A stretch of 61,086 nucleotides of DNA, the filler included, from Rhabdomonas costata (Eukaryota): NCBI GenBank assembly GCA_019059605.1. It is 18 parts of 18 records of this genome, joined end to end, with 100 filler letters (N's around TTAATTAATTAA, not from the genome) between each part and the next. Parts side by side here need not be neighbours in the genome. Positions count along the whole stretch, not along the records: positions 44,282 to 47,565 come from JAHMHO010001067.1; positions 47,666 to 50,945 come from JAHMHO010001068.1; positions 51,046 to 54,326 come from JAHMHO010001069.1; positions 54,427 to 57,706 come from JAHMHO010001070.1; positions 57,807 to 61,086 come from JAHMHO010001071.1; 13 more parts are not named here. The stretch is one strand, 5' to 3'. Made by a program: the position numbers and the translations under genes. Numbering within the stretch: the first letter of the stretch is position 1; each line of letters opens with the position of its first letter. Below the pieces are notes generated by a model. That model was not told the origin of the DNA, searched no databases, and saw only the letters and a program-made list of their open reading frames with translations. This document shows, piece by piece, positions 46,761-58,679 of the stretch.

Positions 46761-48942
46761 TACCCTTACTACCTCACTTTTGCTGACTCTGCCCAGTATG
46801 CCTTTTCTTCCAAAGTGGTTTCTTCTTGTGCGCTGGAAACTGTACTTGCATATACTGGAGCAAGGCTGCCAGTTTGCGTAGACAAAAAACAACAGCAGCC
46901 ACCAGCAACAGGAAATTGGAATCCGTAAGGGAGACAACGGTTTCGGGATTGTGCACGACGGCCAGCGAAAGGATGGGGCAAGAAAGGAATTAAGAGATGG
47001 TACCCCCGGGGGGACTGGAAAAAACAGTTTCGCGCTTTTTTTTCATTCATATGGCAACACACCTATAAACACCTCCATTTAAATGCACTTTTAGCAAAAA
47101 CAAAAAAGTAGAAAGGGGGGGTGCGTTACACTTCCGGCGCGGTGGCAGAGCAAGGATGAGTTGGGGGCGTGCCTTGATGGTGGGTCATGTGAAAAGTTGA
47201 CTTGGGCTATTTTGGTGGTATTCGGCGTTTAACACCGTTAAACAGAGAATTTTTTTTATTTTTTTGGTGAGTTTGATTCCCATGATTGGGAAAGTTTGCC
47301 TCGATCCCTAGATTTCGTTGTTTTGCCGAATAGGGGTTAGTTATACTGTGCCATAGATGTCGATTTTTAAAGTTCTAATTTTTGGGCTTGCCTAAACGTA
47401 CTGGGCACAGAAGCACAGAGAGTAGCGTCATTGGTAAGGAACGAGAACAACTTTTCCTCATCAGAGCGCAGAGCCAAATCAAAAATGATAACATGGTTGT
47501 CAAAAACGAGAGCAGGCATCGCATCGTAACCCTGGGAAGTAGCTGGGGGGGCTCCGCCCCCCCACNNNNNNNNNNNNNNNNNNNNNNNNNNNNNNNNNNN
47601 NNNNNNNNNTTAATTAATTAANNNNNNNNNNNNNNNNNNNNNNNNNNNNNNNNNNNNNNNNNNNNTTGTTGTGGCTGTTTCTTATTCCGAAGTTGGAGAT
47701 TTGGTTGTCCTTTTTAGCCCAAAAGAATACTCCCAGTTTTGCTGATACCGAATGAAAGAAACCGTTCGTTTTGACGTTTTTCTTCATGTTTATCATTTCT
47801 TCATGTTTTGATGGGTTGCCCTGGTTTTCCCCCACTTTTGAAATGAAACGTGCCATATCTCTCAGGAATTCTGCCTTCCTTTGCCCCCGTCACCTTCAAA
47901 GCGCGGCTTGTGGAGGCTGAGCAGGTGCGCATAAGTCGGTAACGAGACGCATGTTTTCTTGTAATGTCCGCCCTTCTTCTTACGCTCCTTTCCTATTTGC
48001 TTTTCCTTTCCTGCATTGTGTTCGGTCTTGTTCTTATGTTCTTGGGCCACGCCGCAAAACCGCTCGTTGTGTAGGTGCTTTCCCAAGAAATGGAGAAGTA
48101 CCCGAGGAGCTGCATTCACCTCTGGCTTGGAGGTCGCCTTCGACGCTCCCAACGGGCTGCCGCAGAAGCCAAAGATCTCTTCCAGAGGTTCGCTTTCAGA
48201 GAGAATTGCCTGCCTCCCCTTTTGTTGACTTGGTCACCTTTTTGTTTATCGGATGCGAGGTTGTACAGGAAGTTAATATAGAACAGTTTTTTTTGCAGGA
48301 AAGCACACACCCGAGACAGCGTCTAAGAGCATTATGCTCAAACAACTTCATCTATAGCCGTATTTATAACCAAGTCAAAAAAACGGGGGCCTGACAGCAG
48401 GCGAACACACAGGACGCAGAACCCGCCTGAAAAGGCTTCCCCCCACCCCCAACACTCTGTCGTCCCGGGACAATGCGTTGCGGGAGAAATCACCACCACC
48501 CTCCACCATCCTCCATCACCCAGGCTTCCTATTCATGACCCCATGTCGCTCCGGCCTTGCCCTTACTCAGGACTGGGAAAAAAGTGCAACCTGCAAAATT
48601 TGCGAAAAAAATTTGCATTTTCGAAAATTTTGGCTTGACATGCACTTTTTTGTTGTGCATCTTTTTGCTTTTTCGCACTTTTTTGCTTTGCATTTTTTAC
48701 TCCAATTTCCGGAGTCGATTTCTTTTTCTCACGCGTTCCCGTGCAGTGACTTCCCACCCACAAGTGTTCCTCGCTTGACCGTCATCGCCAGCACAGCCAC
48801 CAGCCGTATCCTGCGGCCGCAGCACTGGCTCGGCTCATTGTTATGCGTTGTTGCAAGTCATTGTTTATATCTCTCGATGCTCCCGGGGACTGAATTGCTT
48901 TGAAGCGGAGGTTGAGGCTGTGCTTCCTGTGGTTCTTCTCAG

Positions 48943-50927
48943 GTGCGTCGCGGGACAAGATCAGGTTGTGCAGATGAAGCACCTCGCTCTGTACGAGCTG
49001 GGGTGGTGTCATGCCTTCCAGCTGGACTGGCGGCCCGCTGCCGACGCCTTCGCCGTTCTTGCCCAGGAAAATTCCTGGTCCAAGGCCTTCTACACCTACG
49101 CAGAAGCGGCCTTCCTTGACTCGTCGGGAGACAAAACTAGGTAAGGAAATTGTTGTGCCTCCATTGTTGCGAGTCTTTGTCAAGCTCGCTGTGAGGGAGA
49201 GCAAGCTTGCACGCAGCTTCATTTGGGTACCAAAATACCTGGCATCACGGTCCTTGCTCACATACCCCTCAAGCCGTTTGTTTCACTGACCTTCTTTCTT
49301 ATGCAGCGCACTTGAGGGTGCGGTCATATTTGGTTGGGTGACTGATCTCCCTCGGGTTTCTTGTGTTGTTTTCGAGCGTGCCCTTTTTTACCTGTGCACC
49401 ACCCCAACAGGGCCACCGCATTGTACACGGCTGCACCGGGATTTATTGCCCGAAAGTTTGGAGGCCGGGTCCTTTCTGCAGAGCAGTTCGTCATCCGAAA
49501 AGTGGAAAGCTTTCAGGTGCGTTCGAAAACGGCTTGCCCACTCGCTGTTGTATTTGAAATTCTTTCTCCCGATTTATGTGATTTGAGTTTGAGTTTGCGG
49601 TTGACTTGCTATGGCGTGAACAAGAATTCGGGTCTTCGCCAAAATTATTCCCCCTCGCCGAGTGCTCGAAACGTGCAGTCCTGTAGAACCAGCAGACCGC
49701 CCGTCTAGCGACGCCTTTCAATTCTTTACTGCGTCCTCTGCAACCCAAAACCTGACGTTTACAGGGTGAAAAATCTCTGCTTCTTTTTTCCTTTTCTCTC
49801 CCTCCACCTTTCCTTCATGCAGAAAAGTGGTTTTGCCACCGTTCTTCCTGGGCTGGAGCTTGTCATGCTCTTCAACGGCTTCTCTCAGATGAGCCCTACC
49901 CAGCTCCAAGCGGCCCTTGACGGTTGCTCCTTCAACCCATCCACCCGCCCCAGCTTGATTTGGTGGTGAAAGTTGATTGTGAATTAGGTTCAGGTGAGAT
50001 TTACGGCCTGGAGTGCAAGTTATAGTTAACCTGAGGATTTCCTCTGGGGGGAGGCCAAACGAAGCTTACCTGGTGTGCTCTTTAAGTAAAGGTCGCTTCC
50101 ATGTCCCTCGCAGCTGTGCTGGAGCAGCTGAAGCTGTTCCCAGATCCCTCGGATAAGGCAGTGCCCTGTGAGGACCTGGCTGTATGTCAGCTGATGGCCG
50201 GAGCGCTGTTCAAAGTCCGTGCCCAAAGCCCTTGCTGTGTCTTTATTTGCTTTTTTTACTATTTGGTTTCACCACCCATTTTCGTATTCCCCCGACCACC
50301 TGCCCTAACTACCCCGTTTTCACTCCTCTGTCCGGATGGTCCTGCAACCAACCATGCGATGGACGATTTGTTGCGCCTCCATCACCACCATCATCGGGCC
50401 ACTTGCTGGTGCCTCTCTGCTAACACTACTCCCGTAGGACAGGCGGTGGACTGCTTTGGCCTGCTTTATTGTTTATTTTTCTTTGGTGGTTGCTCTTTCG
50501 TTTTGTGTGACTGGGACTCGTCTCACTCCATCGCTCAAGCGAGGCGAGAAAAAGAACAAATGGGAACATATTCAGTGAAACAAATCTTCTCTTCGTCCGA
50601 TGACAATAACCACCAGTGGGCAATGGGTGGACCAGCTTCACCTGTCCCCCTTGCACGAGCCTTTCTAACAACTCTCCATGTTGTTTTAATCTCTATTATC
50701 TCCATTGTGCTGTCATAACTTGGGTGCACCAGGTGGGGAAGGGAAGGGAACTGCAACTTTTCCCCTCCCCCCGCCCACTCTCCTTCCCTTCGCCGCAGGA
50801 GCTTGGGCGAAACGCAGAGGCATTGGAGAAGTTTGCATGGATCCGGGCCAACCGACGGCGGATCAAGGGAGAGCGCTATGTGGTACCCCACGCCCTGTAC
50901 GAGCATGCCTGCCTGCTCGTATCAGAG
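48943..50927 (+). CDS. TTC39: TTC39/IML2-family TPR protein, five internal exons
   Basis: QMKHLALYELGW...WSKAFYTY, RKFGGRVLSAEQFVIRK, LPGLELVMLFNGF, EDLAVCQLMAG and YVVPHALYE motifs; phase-compatible GT-AG exons starting about 48943, 49411, 49823, 50114, 50799. Confidence 0.85.
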
Positions 50928-52213
50928 GTGTGATCAACAACAACANNNNNNNNNNNNNNNNNNNNNNNNNNNNNNNNNNNNNNNNNNNNTTAATTAATTA
51001 ANNNNNNNNNNNNNNNNNNNNNNNNNNNNNNNNNNNNNNNNNNNNAATAAGGCTAGTAACACCCCGAAACTAAGGATACTAAGGATACTAACACCCCGAG
51101 AATTTAGTAGGTGACATTTCGAACAAGGAAGTCTTTTTAGCCTCTATTTATGCCGGTGGTCCTTCGCGGCATCCTGTAGTGTGCCGTGGTTAAAAAGTTT
51201 ACGGTGTAGCCTGCTATGCGAAAGTATGTGACGAGCAGTGTGATTGGCTCGAAGGCGCGGAGCGTTTTCCGAATCTGCCACCGTGCGGGTTAATTGCGTG
51301 TTCCCACAACTTAATGATATTTCCTTGCCCGCGGCGACAACAAAAAAGACAGCTCGTTCCAGAGCGGACCTCAGATTCCTCTGAGCAACTGATGGGTGGG
51401 ACCAAGGCGGCACCGCCACTGTTCCCAGGTTCCGCAGTGCTCACAGCGCTACTATCCATCCTTGCGACGACCGCGTCCCCCCGAAGCGGCCCAAAAAACC
51501 AAAGTCGTGGGGCTCTCTACAGAAAAAACTGCAACCTGGGAGAACGTGTGGGTTGGGATTCGAAAGATCCCAAGAGAAGAAGAGCCTTATTTCCGCAGGC
51601 ATCTGGGCCGAGGAGCAGAAACCCTCCGCACCATCAAATTGCTTGATGTACAGATCTAATATAACGAAAGAAGTTTTTTTTTTGCAGCTTTGGGGCCCTG
51701 AAAGTGGGGCTCTAACAAGCTAGCAGAAAACTATGTGTCATGACTGTTGAGAGGCATGAAACGTATGTATGCAGTGCAAATGCAATCGAAAAGTGAGGAT
51801 GCATGCTGTGAAAAACAAGAAGAAAGTACGAAAAAAAAAGGGGGGGACCCTTGGCAGAGCGTGGACGCACACGCAGTGCGGCCCCCACTGAAGCACAAAG
51901 GCTCCACAGTGTTTCAAGGCACCATTCTTCAGAGAGGAGGAGCCCAGCCTCACACGCACCGCGCCTATATGTCTGTCCTTTGGGCAAGGTTACGGGGAGA
52001 ATTTGCATGAAACATTTGTATGAAACAAAAACATTGGGTGAATTATTCCTTCCCACCCACTGATTCATATGTCCCGTGGGATCACTCCTGGCGCCATCTG
52101 AGAAGCACAAATGTCGTTCGCAGTCCATTTCCTCGATGGGGGCGGAAGTGAACCAGCCACGGAATAGTTGATGCGAGGAAAGGAAAGTGCTTCACCTCCT
52201 TCTATACCGTGCC

Positions 52214-53643
52214 TCACATGGGAAGGTCTTCCATGGCAACAAAGGTCCCGCCATCCCCAGTGGAGTGTGGCGGGGAGCCCGCCCTGTTGCTCGCGAGGGG
52301 GCGGGGGAAGGGCCCGCACAGCGCACACAGCTCCACCACCCCGCCGTTCGGGACCTGGTCCAAGTGTGGGCCCCGCATGAGGTGCGAGGGCAGCCCCAGG
52401 AACACCGTGCGCAGCTGCTCAATGACGCCCAGGTGGCAGACGAGGATAATCTGAACCACCGCACCAAGGTTGGGTGGGTGAGGATGGCAGAAGTGGGGGA
52501 CAGGGAATGGAGGAGGGTATATACAACCTTTTATATAACCTTTTGGCTTTTTTTTGTGATGCTATTACGGCAATGCTACCACCACCATCTCTAACTTCAT
52601 CAGCGCGCTTCCGCTTCCATTGCGCATGCGAGAGACCTTCTTTCCACAGTGAAGGTCCTCACAATGGCGCAGCAGAGACAACAGCCGTGCACGCAGCTCC
52701 CCAACGGGCTCCACACCGTATCCAGCCACCCCCGTGACGGACTCCTGTGAAATACACCCAAAGAAATCTCCGAAAGCACACACGAAATCCAAACTTGGGA
52801 TCGAGCACATCAGCAGACACCCCGCAGCTCTCACGCAGCGTTCCAAACAGATGGGTCTGCAGAGGCTGCTGCAGAGCTTCATTGAGCAACAAGCTGTAAC
52901 CTTAAAACGTTTTCACAGGTTCTCAGATGGTAGGCATATCTTCCAGCTTCTTCGGTCGCGCATTACCTCGCGGACGGATTCTTACACGCACAGTCGCACC
53001 ACCATACCACCTTTCGCTTCTATGTTCGACGTGTGCCCTTTCATGAAACTTCTCGGGCTACTGCACTGCAGTTGTGCTTGAACCACGCCATCCGCCGATT
53101 CTGGCTAAAGGTGCCTGTGGGAATGGTGACACCTCATCGAAAATCTGCAGCGTGCGAGGGGAGGGCCAGCCCTCGAGCTGTCCATGGAGGCGCTCCCGCA
53201 GCCGAGGATCCGGAATGGCGGCGGGAAGACTGTTGAGCTCCTGAAGAATGTCTGTGCAGAGAGACCGAAGATGGAAGTAGGTCGGAGAACAACAGAAAAG
53301 AAACCCAAGGGGGGGAGGGTGAAGTGAAGTGAGGAAACACTGAAGAAAAATCGACATTCATTGCCCTGAGGGGAAAACCCAATCCCCGGAGCACGTCAGC
53401 AGCGCGATTACCTAGCAAAAGGCACATGGAAATCCCGGTATGTCTCTTCCCTAGAATGCAGGGAAGTATTTCCCCAAAGCTGTCCCTCAGTGAAGCGCAA
53501 CGACAACCGGCAGTCTGAACAGCTCGCTTGTAATCCGAGGTGTACACGACCGTGTCCTCAGGGCTGAAGCCATACTTCTGCAAGCGCTGCGGAGCAAGCA
53601 CGTCACGGAGCTCCTCCACGCCAGTGTGGTGCAATCCTGCACC
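52214..53643 (-). CDS. Histidine phosphatase (phosphoglycerate mutase-like), 3' four exons; RHG exon not seen on this contig
   Basis: VYTSDYKRAVQTA, DPRLRERLHGQLEG, GVEPVGELRARL and IILVCHLGVI motifs in order; phase-compatible GT-AG introns. Confidence 0.85.
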
Positions 53644-54653
53644 CTGTGGGATGAGCATGAAAGAAAGCTCCGCCCACCGCCAACTGGGTGCAATATCTTT
53701 TACAGCATCTTTTGAGCTTTCTGGGACATGAACTCTGTAGTTTTTCGCCCATCCTTCTTATCCTTAGATTTCCTTTTGACTGCCCTAGTGTGAGCAGCAC
53801 CCATCCATCTTCCACCGGCACCAATAGCCACCCAGGAATTCGGCGGGTGGTGCTGCTTTCACGACGTTCGTCCGTGGGACACTTACTTAGGCTCGCATCT
53901 TCACCTTATTCACTGGGTGACCTCCAACACGTGCCAGTACCGGAGCCGGAGCCAAGGACATGGCGTGTGTATCACAAATTGAGCACTGGCCGATTGGGAT
54001 GCATGCTTGCGGGGATGGTAGTATCCTTACATCCTTACATTTTCATGCATTTTTCGACTTGGCCGCATTTCTAAAGCCTTGCCCGTTTCGAACCCTTGCG
54101 GGCCTGCATGCTAAGCCTATGCATTCGGCCCGGCCTGTTTAGCATATCTAAGTACCTATCTGAGTACAGAGCCTGAGCGTACGTCATGCTGGCACGGGGT
54201 GGGACGGAATGATTGTGTTCGCAGCTGCCCTAGGCGCCATTTTAGGACCACTTTCGGCATTTCCAACAAGGGCGACAGCACAGCAGCAAATTTGTTGCCG
54301 GCACATGGGTTTGGGGAATGGTGGAANNNNNNNNNNNNNNNNNNNNNNNNNNNNNNNNNNNNNNNNNNNNTTAATTAATTAANNNNNNNNNNNNNNNNNN
54401 NNNNNNNNNNNNNNNNNNNNNNNNNNGGGTGGGGTGGTATATTTGAGGGACGCAAATATACCACATTCGAAACGTGAAAAAGTATGCGCAGCAGTAATGT
54501 GCATACGGTGCTGCTGCTGCTGCCTTTTCTGGTGCGGACTTCATTTGCCGTTTGCCGTTTGCACGTTAAGTGAGTATACTTCGTTGCGCCAAGACTGTGT
54601 GGGGCCCCCGCAGCTCTCCGCTTCATTCAAAACTTGCTGGACGTTTTGCCCAC

Positions 54654-55589
54654 CTAGCCCAATTGCAAACCGAGGATATGATTGGCTGAAGTGGGATGGG
54701 GGCCATACCAAACCAGAGGATGACCCAGCTGGGGAAATACGGGAAGTGGTGGAACAGCAGCTCCGCGCACCCCGCCAGCCCGGCCATAACCAGGAATACG
54801 CACAGCACGGCGAACACCCCGCTGCCCACGGCAACCACCTCGAAGCCCGGGTCGGCGAAGTTCAGCACCCACTGCACGCTGCAGGAGCCACCCCAGTACT
54901 GCACCGCGGGCTTCTGTGTGTCAGGAACAGCGCGAGGGAGGGAGGGACTGAGGGAGGGCTTGGCCGATTTATTTTGGCGCACGGGGAACCGCACCTGCTG
55001 TTTCTCGGCTTTGCCGTATGATCACAACAATTCAGCACTTACAGATTTGTGTGCTCAGAGCTTAAGAATACCTCCCAACCTAAATGAAGCAATCGCGTCT
55101 TACTATCTTTTCCGCAGTGAACTCTACACCCCGCACAACACCTGAACTTCATGCGCCCAAGTACGCCCAAAGGCAGAATAACGACGGCAGGTTCGGGTAA
55201 GCGTGTCTGTACACCATCCTTGCAACGTTTGCATACTAAGTTTGAATTCTCCGCATTTACAAAATGGGATTTACACATGGCTCACATGCTAGAAAACGTT
55301 GCTTGAAGGTTGACCGTTTCGCTGTCGTGAGAGTGGGGTAAGGGTCAGAGCGCGAGAGACCCACGAAAAGTAGATCCACGTCCGTATGCTTGTGCGGGTT
55401 CAATAAGGCGATGTTCAGAGGTCCGCTGGGCTTGGGCGGGGGCTTGTGGGGGGGGGCATACGTTGTGCGAGGTGAGCCAGACCCAAGTTCCAAAGCAATG
55501 GAGGAACATCCGAGCCCACACGCACAGCGCGAATATCAGCACCGACAGCGCAATCTTGGTCCATTTCCAGGGGCCTTTCCCATTAATTC
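54654..55589 (-). CDS. OFCC1-like multi-pass membrane protein, internal exons 55589-55462 and 54913-54654; further probable exons up to about 57200
   Basis: Spliced LCVWARMFLHCFGTWVWL...FEVVAVGSG...CAELLFHHFP..PSWVILWFG..LQP recalls the W.R..LH..G.W..L / E...V..G / C.LLF...P...S..I...G pattern of OFCC1 as remembered; not searched. Confidence 0.55.
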
Positions 55590-58500
55590 CTGCAAATGCA
55601 CATCCCAACAGACTCACGTGAGAAACAAGCCACCCAATGACAACAATGGAGACTCGTAGAAGAGGGGATGCGAATCGTGCTCAGCTCACCAAAGAAACTT
55701 CTAAAAAAAACACCAAACTCCAGAAAAACGGTGCGGATCTTCATGGCGCATCATTGAAATTTGTTGTTGATATGTGTACTGTCTTTTCTGTGATTTCTTT
55801 GGAATCAACTGATCTCGAGCCAGTTGTCTGCAAAAGAAGGGGTAAAAAACGAATGACGAAGAGCGTATGGTCATTTACCAAATCGACGGAACAGAGAGCT
55901 TGCGAGGGAAGAAGGGAGTACAGGGAAGAAGAAAATACCATAGACCACGAAAAAGATTGAGAGATTGGGACTGAATCGAAAGGTATGGATCAAAAGGTTG
56001 GAGCTGAACTTGAAGGTGGGCTCCCTACCCCCGATCGTTAAAATGCCCGTCGAGCCTCTTCCCCTTCTAATTCCGCTCTGCCACATCAGCCACATCCACA
56101 CAAACCGCTCTCATAGAGCAGAATGTTCACCAGGAAGGGTAGCTTGTCGCGGAACCTCCGGTCGCGCTCCAGGAATTGCCTCCGGGAGCATACGCTTTGC
56201 TGAGCATCAAACATCCGCACATTCACAAAGAGAAAGAAATAAACACCCAGCAAACAAGCAATCCTGCAAGTCCATGAGCCGACTCCCGCTGGAAAATGAT
56301 GACCTGCGTAGACACGTGAAAACTACCATCAAATTAGAGAGCGGTGGTGATTCGCAGACCTCAGAGGTGCTTTTGCGACCGAAGTTCACCTGAAAAATCG
56401 CTCCAGTGGAGAATGCCACTGGATTTCCACACGCTGCCCTCCAGGATGAGTTTATGGTAACCATGGTTTTCAATTTTAGGGCGCCGGTTAATTAACAGCC
56501 TGACTATTTTGATGACCGCCGACCATCGCAAAGGTTTTTACCCTTCTTGACTTCTGCGACGGCTCCAACCTGTCTTCCGCCTGTCACCAAAATGACGAGA
56601 CTGCTCCTCTCAGAGAAATAAGCTCCATCAGGCAAAGCTTCGAAGGTCAGCTGTGAAGTTATGAGAAGCTTCGTTCAGTTGGACTCTGAGGATGGCGTTC
56701 GGTGTGGTGTGCGTTAGGAAGAGCAACGATGCCTGGCAGGCCAGGGCCGCGGTGGCTTTGGCCAGAACGTCCGCCAAGGCTCGGCTGGTAGGGTCCCTGG
56801 ACCGAACCTCGGGAGGCTCAGGAACTGAAATCTGCAAGTCAGGAATTTCCCCGCTGGACTCTCGTTCTTCGCGGTCGTCCGTTTCGCTGCCAACTCTGCA
56901 AAAAGGATAGAATGGACTGGAGGAAAACCACCGGCGAGTCCTAAAAATACCTAAACCATCCATTGGGTGGGGTCTCCCCACTGGGGTGACACATCTGCTG
57001 TTGTCCCAAATGACAGTAATCCTCCCATCCCTTGTCATGTCCATAAAAAAAGGAATGGGTACAGAAGCAGCAAAGGCACCCGAAAGTAGCCCACGAGGCC
57101 GCGGTCTCCAGGATCCCGGACTCCGCGAGCTTGTCCTGCAAAAGGAACCAAACAGAACAGACATCGAGGAACGGCCTGCTCTTGACCTACAAATCACGTC
57201 CACCCTCATTTTCCAAACTGGGTCCTTGGAGCGATATATTTACATTCCCAATCACCAACAGGGTCCAGAATCTTCCATAATTCACACAACCCTCAAGGCC
57301 ATTCCCCATCTCACTATCTCGCTAGACTGGTAGACTGGCACCTTCTTAAGGGAAGCTGCGCGTTGGTAGGCAAGCTCGGCACCCTGCCGCTGGAATCGCT
57401 GAGAGAAGCACATAAACAGACGCATGTGATGTGGTCGTCTTGGAAAGCCGAAGCGAAGCTAAAGTCAAAACGAAAGATGCGCTAGTAGGCAATGAATGTC
57501 AAAGAGGTTGGTGAGCCACAAAAAAAAAGGAGAGAAGGCTCGACAAAGCAAGCGTGTGGATGAAAATTCCCAAAATAGCGGCAGACTCTCACTCACTCCT
57601 TCGCTCACTCAATACTTTACGCCCTTGCTTGATTGACCCAAAAGAACACCCACGCACCTCCTGATGAAGAAAAAACAAACTGAATGAGGAGCCCTACCCG
57701 TCATCTNNNNNNNNNNNNNNNNNNNNNNNNNNNNNNNNNNNNNNNNNNNNTTAATTAATTAANNNNNNNNNNNNNNNNNNNNNNNNNNNNNNNNNNNNNN
57801 NNNNNNGTTGTCTCACGGTGGTTTCGGGACCCTCTTCGGACCCTCTTTCACATCCGCATCTATGGATATTGTGAGGCACGGCCCAGTGGGTTCGCGGCAA
57901 GGCTGGGGCAGTCCTTCGCTGCCTCGCTGACACTTGCAGGACCCCCCTCTTCACCGTTACGTGCTGCAGGTGCTCGCTCGTCAGCGAAGCGATGTCCTTT
58001 TGTGGATAGTTGGGCTTCGAGTCTGTTAAGGAATACGTTTGCTCCTAGACTGGTGGCTCTTCGTCTTGAAAACGGTCGTGATGTATGACTTGGGACGCTT
58101 TGATTTCCGTTGTGGAGAAAAAGGTTACGAGGGGGACCTCCGTAAGGTACTCGTTCTTGTGAAGCTAATGTGAATACTTCTGTGAACACCCGTCATAAAA
58201 AGTTTAAATCCTTGTTCGCGCTGGTTGCCTCCGCGATTGCTGTATATATTTTGTTCTGTCTAGTGCGCCGTCTTTTTTCAGGTGATGAAACCCCTTTCCA
58301 GTATATGGAATAGTGCAACAATGGAAGAGAGGGCTAAGTGCAACAATGGCAACCATTTGTGTGTGCTGCGGTCCAATGTGTTTATGTGAAGATGCCGAAA
58401 GGTTATAAGGATTTCCTTACCAGAGGTTTCTGCAGTCAGTGTTCCGCTTTTTGCACTGCGGAGGCTTCGCGCGACGATGCAAAGTGTGAAAGGCCACAAG

Positions 58501-58679
58501 TGTCCAGTTTCATGCCTGAAAACATTCGAGTGAATGTTCAATTGCCGCGGCGATCAGAACCTTACCCTTCGAGAATTCATACTCTGGGATAAAAGAGAAT
58601 CAATATGCATTCTTGTTGTAGCTGGTTAACTGTTTTTCTCTCTCGTCCGGGTTACATCCGTGCTAAGTTTTACTACACA

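Noticed and set aside
3288-57806. Regularly spaced TTAATTAATTAA palindromes as a biological repeat or CRISPR-like array
   Set aside because: They sit inside fixed N runs and are a six-frame-stop linker added during concatenation
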